Part shown: positions 5,633 through 11,750 of the stretch, piece by piece
Numbering within the stretch: position 1 is the stretch's first letter
Layout: each line of letters begins with the position of its first letter
IMG/VR virus record: IMGVR_UViG_3300045988_112188
Coordinates: 1 to 13,257 of that record
DNA from: a virus
Length of the DNA stretch: 13,257 nt
Reading direction: 5' to 3' (one strand)
Position numbers and translations under genes: made by a program
Notes under the pieces: model-generated
What the model was told of the DNA's origin: nothing
Database searches by the model: none
What the model saw: the letters and a program-made list of their open reading frames with translations, nothing else

Positions 5633-5723
5633 TATAGGGAAAACAAAAGTCCGTGGCACAAGGACATACAGCGGAACTGTAGTGCGAGGATTCGTCCAAT
5701 CCATGATACGGACTTTCCCTATA
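5633..5723 (+). ncRNA. Candidate packaging RNA (pRNA-like) or structured leader; 91-nt three-way-junction RNA
   Basis: The closing helix P1 pairs TATAGGG 5633-5639 with CCCTATA 5717-5723, and AAAGTCCGT 5646-5654 with ACGGACTTT 5708-5716. P2 pairs GCAC 5656-5659 with GTGC 5682-5685, and TACAG 5667-5671 with CTGTA 5677-5681, and carries a bulge AAGGACA 5660-5666. P3 pairs GGAT 5688-5691 with ATCC 5699-5702 and has the loop TCGTCCA. The bulge GGAC is complementary to the loop GUCC. The region is non-coding and lies between the ATPase gene and the next gene. Confidence 0.45.
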
Positions 5724-5758
5724 TTTAACAGTTCCAAAAAAGAAAGCGGGTGAATAAA

Positions 5759-5956
5759 ATGGACATTAATTCATTAAGTACAATTTTTGCAAATTTGGGC
5801 GTGCCTGTGGCATGTCTCACTGTAACATTCTATCTGTGGTATCAGGAGATGCAGTCGCACAAAGAAGAAGTGAGTAAGTTGCAGGATGCTCTCAACAACA
5901 ACACGCTTGTCTTACAGAAACTTCTTGACAGACTGGGAGAGGGTGATTCACATTGA
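5759..5956 (+). CDS. YvrJ-like small membrane protein; holin candidate
   Basis: The ATG at 5759 follows GGGTGA (the track start at 5750 is the GTG inside that SD). A single hydrophobic helix (IFANLGVPVACLTVTFYLWY) is followed by a charged coiled-coil tail. The pattern G-(F/V)-P...TFYL...E...L resembles the YvrJ family that is common in Firmicutes prophages. Confidence 0.55.
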   Translation: MDINSLSTIFANLGVPVACLTVTFYLWYQEMQSHKEEVSKLQDALNNNTLVLQKLLDRLGEGDSH

Positions 5957-6279
5957 ACATATCAGCAGAAATCATTGCAAAAACATCTGAAAGCGTAAAG
6001 GGATATATGCTTCATCCGCACACGGATGTATACGGCGAATTAAAAGTTGATACCAAAAACCTTGACTTGATGTTACGCGATGCACCGACTTATGACAGCA
6101 ATGTGATCGCTTCTATGCCAAAAGGCAGTACATTTTTTGGATATGGATTTACCGATTCCACCCTTAAATGGGTACTCGGACAGTATACCATGCCGAACGG
6201 AAAAATGATTGCAGGATTCGCCCACATTGACTATCTAATCAGAATCAGAAAGGAGAATAAAAGACATGACAATGGATGA
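5953..6279 (+). CDS. Stand-alone bacterial SH3 (SH3b)-like domain protein, 108 aa
   Basis: The TTG start at 5953 is 6 nt after GAGGGTGA and overlaps the upstream stop (TTGA). LMLRDAPTYDSNVIASMPKGSTFFGYGF...KWVLGQYTMPNGKMIAGFAHIDYL fits the SH3_3 cell-wall-binding pattern (LxxRxxPxxxSxVIxxxxKGxxF...W...G..G.v...YL). No catalytic domain is attached. Confidence 0.55.
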   Translation: MNISAEIIAKTSESVKGYMLHPHTDVYGELKVDTKNLDLMLRDAPTYDSNVIASMPKGSTFFGYGFTDSTLKWVLGQYTMPNGKMIAGFAHIDYLIRIRKENKRHDNG

Positions 6280-6766
6280 TATTATCGCACTCGCGGGTGC
6301 GGGATTTACAAAAAATGACATTATTTCATTAATTAATACCACACCAGCACCAGCACCAGCACCAGCACCAGCACCAGCACCAGCACCAGCACCAGCACCA
6401 GCACCAGCACCAGCACCACAGTTAGGAATTCCACCAGTACCAGTAGGAGTTATAGCACAGCAGGTAGTCACACCACCGGAGTTATTACAGGATCAGCTTA
6501 CAAGTCCGTCAACAGCAGGACAGGCTCAGAGTCAGTTAGTTGATTATGCTTTTCAGCAGGGGAATTATGCAGGGAGTCCGACACAGAATGTAGTAGGGCG
6601 GCAGTTTCCGAATAATGACCAGTTAACGAATTCTATCAATGCACTGACCAGAGCGGTGCAGGCTAATGGGATCACACAGAATCTTGCAGGAGTTAATCAT
6701 GTTCCGACTGTCGATGAAATGACAGCGGCTATTATTAATCCACCGGAAATTATGCAGAGGGGGTAA
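6266..6766 (+). CDS. Putative head scaffolding protein with a (Pro-Ala)12 linker
   Basis: AAGGAG lies 9 nt before the ATG. The gene sits immediately upstream of the major capsid gene, as phi29 gene 7 does. The protein has a small helical N-terminal module, a (PA)12P linker, and a Q/N/P-rich low-complexity C-terminal part. The function is assigned by synteny only. Confidence 0.5.
   Translation: MTMDDIIALAGAGFTKNDIISLINTTPAPAPAPAPAPAPAPAPAPAPAPAPQLGIPPVPVGVIAQQVVTPPELLQDQLTSPSTAGQAQSQLVDYAFQQGNYAGSPTQNVVGRQFPNNDQLTNSINALTRAVQANGITQNLAGVNHVPTVDEMTAAIINPPEIMQRG
6344..6418. repeat. Perfect hexanucleotide tandem repeat (CCAGCA) x 12.5
   Basis: I counted unit by unit from 6344 to 6418 and found no interruption. 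The repeat is in frame and encodes (PA)12P. Confidence 0.95.
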
Positions 6767-6769
6767 AGT

Positions 6770-7963
6770 ATGGCTAGTTCGACTTTTATATCGGTTGATA
6801 AACCATCAATCGGAAATTTCAATGCAGTTGCTACGTTAAATGCTATTATTTCACAAGCTACTGGCAAAACTGCTGTGAGTGCTGTTAATAATAATTTTGT
6901 GTCAGTTGCTACCACAGCAATAGGAATTGCACCAGACGCATTACTTAATGCTATTTCACAGGTTATTTCAAGGACTATTTTTTCCATACGTCCATACAAT
7001 AGAAAGTTTGCAGGACTTTTTGTGGATAGCATGAAATGGGGCAACCACGTTCGTAAAATTAACATCGGAGACAAAGACTGGGAAGCAAATGTTTCTTACG
7101 ACTTAACAGATGGACAGAGCATAGATGCTGACATTGTAAGCAAACCAGATATTTTACAGACCAATTTTTATGGACAGTGTGTATACAGTAAGCACTATAC
7201 CATTTTCCGTGACCAGTTGAACATTGCTTTGCAGAATGAAGAGGAGTTTGAGAGATTCTATACCATGCTTGTTCAGAATACCATGGATATGATTGAACAG
7301 TGCCATGAAAACACAGCAAGGGCAACTATCGCAAACTTAATCGGCGGCAAGGTTAAAGGTGATACCACAAATGTTATTCACCTTGTCACAGAATATAATG
7401 ATGTGACAGGTCTTGAACTTGACAGTGATACTGTGAAAAAACCAGAAAATTTTGTTCCATTTTACAAATGGGCATTTTCTAGAATCAAAACAATCTCCGG
7501 TTTTATGACGGAAAGAAGTTTGCAGTATCACATCAATGTTACTGGTCACAATATTATGAGACATACACCTGTGCAGAATCAAAGACTGTATCTCTACACG
7601 CCAGAAATGAACAACGTGGAAAGTTCTGTATTTTCAAGTGTGTTCAACGAACAGTACTTGAAGATGATGGACTATGAGGGAGTTAATTTTTGGCAATCAA
7701 TTAAAACTCCTATGGGTATTAATGTACAGGCAAGATATATGTTACCTAATGGTTCTATAACACCAGACAGTACAGGTACAGCAACTTCAAACATTTTCGG
7801 TATTCTCATGGATGAAGAAGCGGCAGGAATCACTACCTACGGTGCAAGAACTGCTGTCACACCATATAATGCAAGAGGTGAGTACACTAATGTTTGGTGG
7901 CACTTCAACGATCGGTATTGGAATGATTTTACTGAGAACGCTGTTGTGTTTTTACTTGACTAA
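6770..7963 (+). CDS. Major capsid protein (phi29 gp8-type, HK97 fold), 397 aa
   Basis: GAGGGGG lies before the ATG. The C-terminus RGEYTNVWWHFNDRYWNDFTENAVVFL parallels phi29 gp8 [27 protein letters not shown]. The N-terminal NAISQVISRTIFSIRPYNRKF parallels [25 protein letters not shown]. The gene lies between the scaffold candidate and a strong terminator. It lacks the C-terminal Ig-like extension of phi29 gp8. Confidence 0.85.
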   Translation: MASSTFISVDKPSIGNFNAVATLNAIISQATGKTAVSAVNNNFVSVATTAIGIAPDALLNAISQVISRTIFSIRPYNRKFAGLFVDSMKWGNHVRKINIGDKDWEANVSYDLTDGQSIDADIVSKPDILQTNFYGQCVYSKHYTIFRDQLNIALQNEEEFERFYTMLVQNTMDMIEQCHENTARATIANLIGGKVKGDTTNVIHLVTEYNDVTGLELDSDTVKKPENFVPFYKWAFSRIKTISGFMTERSLQYHINVTGHNIMRHTPVQNQRLYLYTPEMNNVESSVFSSVFNEQYLKMMDYEGVNFWQSIKTPMGINVQARYMLPNGSITPDSTGTATSNIFGILMDEEAAGITTYGARTAVTPYNARGEYTNVWWHFNDRYWNDFTENAVVFLLD

Positions 7964-7979
7964 GTTCTCTTTCTCCTAT

Positions 7980-8004
7980 GGGCGGGTGTTATGCCCGCTC
8001 TTTT
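7980..8004 (+). terminator. Intrinsic terminator or attenuator after the capsid gene
   Basis: GGGCGGG-tgttatg-CCCGCTC forms a 7-bp GC-rich stem with one G.U pair, followed by TTTT. It begins 17 nt after the capsid stop codon. Confidence 0.7.
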
Positions 8005-8009
8005 AATTA

Positions 8010-8026
8010 ATGTTTCACGTGAACAT
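8010..8026. promoter_or_regulatory. Palindromic motif copy 3 (ATGTTTCACGTGAACAT)
   Basis: It starts 6 nt after the terminator T-tract and ends 2 nt before the GAGGTG SD of the tail-knob gene. It is identical over 15 nt to the reverse complement of copy 1. Confidence 0.6.
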
Positions 8027-8039
8027 GCGAGGTGATAAT

Positions 8040-9443
8040 ATGAGTTTTAATGTTGAGTTTTTCCGGGTGGCAAAAAGAAAAAATTCTACTTTTGTTCCTG
8101 AGACTAAAGACGTTGTAAGAACAGAGATGTGTACCATCAAAGAGGGTACAGGGGTGTTAAATCCTGTTATTACTATCGCAAATTCTTCTGCATCTTTCAA
8201 TCCGTCAAGATGGAACTATTGTCATATTAGTACATTTTCACGATATTACTGGATTAGTGACTGGAAAAATGAGGATAATTTGTGGACGGCTCAATTAAAA
8301 GTTGATGTTCTTGCGTCTTATAGAGAAACCATTAAAGACTATAACTACTATGTGGTAAGGTCTTCTACTTCCTTTGACGGCGGTATTGCTGACGCTCTTT
8401 ATCCGAAAAAGCCACAGGTCAACAGGCAAACTGTGACTGGCAATCCTCTATGGCAGATTGAACAGGGGTTTGATATTGCAGGTTCTTATGTAGTAGGTAT
8501 TGTGAACAAACAAGGTCTTTGCAACTACTATGCCATGAATCCTGCAAACTTTAAAAAACTCGCCAATTCAATATTCAGCAATATTAAGTGGATGGTAGGA
8601 GATGGAATCTCGGGAGTATCTGACAATCTGATACAGATAGCTGTTAATCCCGCTCAGTACATTACGTCAGTGACATGGTTTCCATTCACACTTGGCGGTA
8701 CACAAATGTCTGGCATTTCTATCGGTTGGTGGGATGTTACAGGATTAACATTATACAAGTTGGATGATGACTTGTGGAAAACAAAAGAAACTTCTGTCAC
8801 TCCTACATCACATCCACAGTTAGAACGTGGCAATTATCTTAATTGTCAGCCATACAGATATATCAGAGTATATATTCCACCTTTCGGTTGTCTCACTGTT
8901 GACAGTGGCAAAATAAGAGATGGTGAAAGTATTAAGATAAGTGCAGACGTAGACCCACGTACAGGTCATGCATTATGTCGCATATCAGTTGATAATACTG
9001 GTGGTGGAAATGAGTTACTCGGAATCATGTACTCCAATATTGGCGTTTCTATTTCAACCAGTGATATCAAAACCAATTACTCAAACGTAGCATCAGGTGT
9101 AAGCAACGCATTAGGTTCATTATTTAAGCTTGATGTTGGCGGCTTCGCAAAAGGAGTTGTGAACAGTGCTATGGCTGTAGGTTCGGCAGAAGTTTCCACA
9201 AAAGGCGGTCAGGGGTCAACTATTGGATTGACTTCTTATGTGTATTGCTATATTGACTGTATGCTATTAGTTGATGAAGACAGAGCGGATAATGGTAGAC
9301 CTTACTGTAAAAACAGTAAATTCTCAACACTTGGGGACGGTTATTATGAGGTTGAAAATGGTAGTACTCCCATATCAGGAGCATATCAGAGTGAAATTGA
9401 CGAGGTTAAAAACTTCTTGGAAAGCGGGGTATATTATGCGTAG
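8040..9443 (+). CDS. Tail knob / distal tail tube protein (phi29 gp9-type), 467 aa
   Basis: The ATG at 8040 lies 5 nt after GAGGTG, whereas the track start at 8010 is inside the palindrome. SRYYWISDWKNEDNLWTAQLKVDVLASY parallels phi29 gp9 [31 protein letters not shown]. The Gly/Ala/Ser-rich segment NVASGVSNALGSLFKLDVGGFAKGVVNSAMAVGSAEVSTKGGQGS (9084-9218) parallels the gp9 hydrophobic loop. The C-terminal SEIDEVKNFLESGVYY parallels NDLQEIRTIFDNGITLW. Confidence 0.7.
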   Translation: MSFNVEFFRVAKRKNSTFVPETKDVVRTEMCTIKEGTGVLNPVITIANSSASFNPSRWNYCHISTFSRYYWISDWKNEDNLWTAQLKVDVLASYRETIKDYNYYVVRSSTSFDGGIADALYPKKPQVNRQTVTGNPLWQIEQGFDIAGSYVVGIVNKQGLCNYYAMNPANFKKLANSIFSNIKWMVGDGISGVSDNLIQIAVNPAQYITSVTWFPFTLGGTQMSGISIGWWDVTGLTLYKLDDDLWKTKETSVTPTSHPQLERGNYLNCQPYRYIRVYIPPFGCLTVDSGKIRDGESIKISADVDPRTGHALCRISVDNTGGGNELLGIMYSNIGVSISTSDIKTNYSNVASGVSNALGSLFKLDVGGFAKGVVNSAMAVGSAEVSTKGGQGSTIGLTSYVYCYIDCMLLVDEDRADNGRPYCKNSKFSTLGDGYYEVENGSTPISGAYQSEIDEVKNFLESGVYYA

Positions 9444-10092
9444 TTACTACAATGAGGGCAAAGGAACGGCTCTTATCTTCTATCTGTTAGGAAAACAGCA
9501 AGGCGGGGGCACAGTACCACCAATTACACCGGCAGGTGAATGGAAAACCATTGTTACTGACACAACATCAGGTTATCTTTCGCAGTCAGACATGGAAAGT
9601 AATGCCACTATTATTTGGGACTATTTCTATCAGAAACTTGGATGGAATGTTAACAGTGTGGCGGCATTACTTGGAAACATGCAAGGCGAAAGTACTTTGA
9701 ATCCGGGTCTTATTGAGGTTGGCGGTGGTACTACATCAGCAGGAGCAGGACACGGACTTGTACAGTGGACACCCGCCAGCGATTTATATGCTGTTCTCGA
9801 TGTTCTGTACGGTGATCACACTGACTGGTATGATGGAAATAAACAGCTTGGTGTAATCTATGCTGAGTATCAGGAAAGCGTTGGCGAAGCGCATAGAGGT
9901 ATTGAACCACAGTGGTATAAGACTACTAAATATCCATGCGATTTCAGACAGTGGGCGTTTAATCAGCTTAACTACGACTTGGAAAAATTAACCTATGCTT
10001 TTGCGGCAAATTACTTGCGTCCGGCTGTAGTAGAACAACCACAAAGAGTCACATATACGCGTCAGTGGCTTGATTATTTTTTAAAGGGGTGA
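9436..10092 (+). CDS. Tail-associated peptidoglycan hydrolase (phage tail lysozyme domain, phi29 gp13 N-terminal type), 218 aa
   Basis: The ATG at 9436 overlaps the upstream stop (ATGCGTAG). The 165-nt upstream extension in the ORF track lies inside the tail-knob gene. NATIIWDYFYQKLGWNVNSVAALLGNMQGESTLNP...GHGLVQWT matches the tail-lysozyme signature (aAgilGNxxxESxxnP ... GxGlxQWt). Confidence 0.7.
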   Translation: MRSYYNEGKGTALIFYLLGKQQGGGTVPPITPAGEWKTIVTDTTSGYLSQSDMESNATIIWDYFYQKLGWNVNSVAALLGNMQGESTLNPGLIEVGGGTTSAGAGHGLVQWTPASDLYAVLDVLYGDHTDWYDGNKQLGVIYAEYQESVGEAHRGIEPQWYKTTKYPCDFRQWAFNQLNYDLEKLTYAFAANYLRPAVVEQPQRVTYTRQWLDYFLKG

Positions 10093-10096
10093 GAAA

Positions 10097-11020
10097 ATGA
10101 TTAATTATTTGAATAATTGTGGTGTACCGGTTAATTATGACATGATTAATTTATACACCTCTAGTTATTCGCCATCTACATTGCATTGCAAAAACACTCA
10201 GTTATATTCCTATTTTTTGAGATATCTTCTACAGAAATGCATGTCAGTGTTTAAGTGGGAGTTGCCAGAAGAATGGGATAAGAATTACTTCTTATATACG
10301 TTATACTGCTGGGGGTTTTTATGTGTGTTTTACACCGACAAGTACGGTGTGATTCCGCAGGCGTGTGGTATTCAAGGTTATAATATCTTTTATCAACCGA
10401 CTCAAGTTAATATTGCTAATCCATTATTAGTAGGTATTAACACAAGGACTATCAACAAGGATTGCATAATTATAAGATTACAACCAGACTGGCGTGGTGT
10501 AATAGACATATGTTCTTACTACGCAGACAATATGGCATTAACTGCTGAAACTTGTGAAATTAACATCGCTAACAGTAAGTTAACATATATGTTTGGCGTT
10601 GATGGAAAAGCACAAGCAGAGTCCTTGAAAGAAACGTTTGATCAGATTATGAAAGGAAATACCTCGGTATATTATGGAAATAATCTCAGACGAAGAGATT
10701 CTATGGGAAATACTACTGAACCATGGTCAACGTTCGCAAATAAATTGCGGGATAATTTCATAGCACCAGATTTACAGGACACTCTAAGGAGATGGGAAGA
10801 AATGTTCTGTAATGACGTTGGAATTCCTAACGTACGGTCTGACAAAAAAGAAAGGTTGATAACTGCTGAAGCTGAGAGTAATAATTTCGAGACACAGAGC
10901 AAGTGTGATTTATGGCTCGAAGAATTACAGAAAAGTTGCGATAAAATTAATAAAATGTTTGGTGATAAACTTAGCAGTAGAGTGTGGGTTAATTGGCGAA
11001 AGGGTGAGAAAAATGTGTAA
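10097..11020 (+). CDS. Portal / upper collar connector protein (phi29 gp10-type), 307 aa
   Basis: GGGGTGA lies before the ATG. [28 protein letters not shown] parallels phi29 gp10 [57 protein letters not shown] parallels [38 protein letters not shown] parallels CEKINELYG. The length is nearly identical to gp10. Confidence 0.9.
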   Translation: [307 protein letters not shown]

Positions 11021-11070
11021 ATAACTATTATAGTGTATACAAATTTGACAAAAATAAAGTAGGTGAGTGT

Positions 11071-11736
11071 ATGAGTTCTTATATTTCAATTATAGGATTA
11101 CTAAACTGGGACGAGAATATAATCGACAGTACATTTCTTGATGTATTTGTCTCATTGTTCGAGACTGAAACAATTGCTATGAATATGTTGGAACGCTTAG
11201 AAGATTTGATTGTGTACGAGTGTGGTGAGTTAGAGGTTACTTTGCCTAACCCGACATTTTTCAAAAGAATCGTAAAAAGTTGGGCTGATAACCAGACAGA
11301 AGTATGGAAAGCGTACTATTCCGCACAAAAAGCTGTAGACGTTGACTCAAATAATATATTGTTAGGTGGCACACAGGAAGTGTTGACAGGAAAAGACGGA
11401 GCTTCAAGTACTAGAGCATTAGAGCGTGGTGGTAATACTTCAATACAGCATACCGGCAATAACGTTGTTGACACCTCAGTATTTGGATTCAATGAGAGTG
11501 CCGCAAAACCGAAAGATAATACCGTGTCAACAGATAATTTTACAGATACTAATAATGTTAATCTATCTGATAATGAAACATTCAAAAATGATGTGATTAG
11601 GAATCAGACAAAAACATTTACGGATTATGGAAAATTTTTTGACATGGCTAGTAAATTTGATACACTGTCGGGAATGAATGTAATCAATAAAATTGTATAT
11701 GATTTTAGAGATAGATTCTGTCTTAGTGTTTATTAA
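11071..11736 (+). CDS. Putative lower collar protein (phi29 gp11-type), 221 aa
   Basis: AGGTGA lies before the ATG. The gene sits directly after the portal gene, as in phi29. It has a long polar T/N/S/G-rich central segment compatible with the extended beta-hairpin tube of lower collar proteins. The assignment rests mainly on synteny. Confidence 0.55.
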   Translation: MSSYISIIGLLNWDENIIDSTFLDVFVSLFETETIAMNMLERLEDLIVYECGELEVTLPNPTFFKRIVKSWADNQTEVWKAYYSAQKAVDVDSNNILLGGTQEVLTGKDGASSTRALERGGNTSIQHTGNNVVDTSVFGFNESAAKPKDNTVSTDNFTDTNNVNLSDNETFKNDVIRNQTKTFTDYGKFFDMASKFDTLSGMNVINKIVYDFRDRFCLSVY

Positions 11737-11750
11737 CAGGAGGTATAAAT

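Noticed and set aside
5633-5723. tRNA reading of the structured element (GGATTCGTCCAATCC looks faintly like a T-arm)
   Set aside because: There is no 7-bp acceptor stem with a discriminator/CCA geometry and no D-arm. The T-loop does not match TTCRANY, and the stem is only 4 bp. The length and three-way junction do not fit a cloverleaf.
6344-6418. CRISPR-like or other non-coding repeat array
   Set aside because: The unit is only 6 nt with no spacers, and it lies in frame within a coding sequence. It is a coding microsatellite.
6235-6471. Minus-strand 78-aa ORF containing a long (Gly-Ala) run
   Set aside because: It is the antisense reading of the CCAGCA repeat. It has no RBS and lies wholly antisense to two well-supported, RBS-preceded genes. 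It is a low-complexity artefact.
6697-8200. ORFs at 6697-7074 (-), 7059-7325 (-), 7337-7582 (-), 7812-8006 (+) and 8015-8200 (-)
   Set aside because: They are antisense or out of frame within the capsid and tail-knob genes. The 7812-8006 ORF runs through the terminator hairpin. None has an RBS.
11045-11050. TTGACA hexamer between the portal and lower collar genes as an internal promoter
   Set aside because: The position 17 nt downstream reads TGTATG and overlaps the start codon, so no usable -10 box or leader exists.
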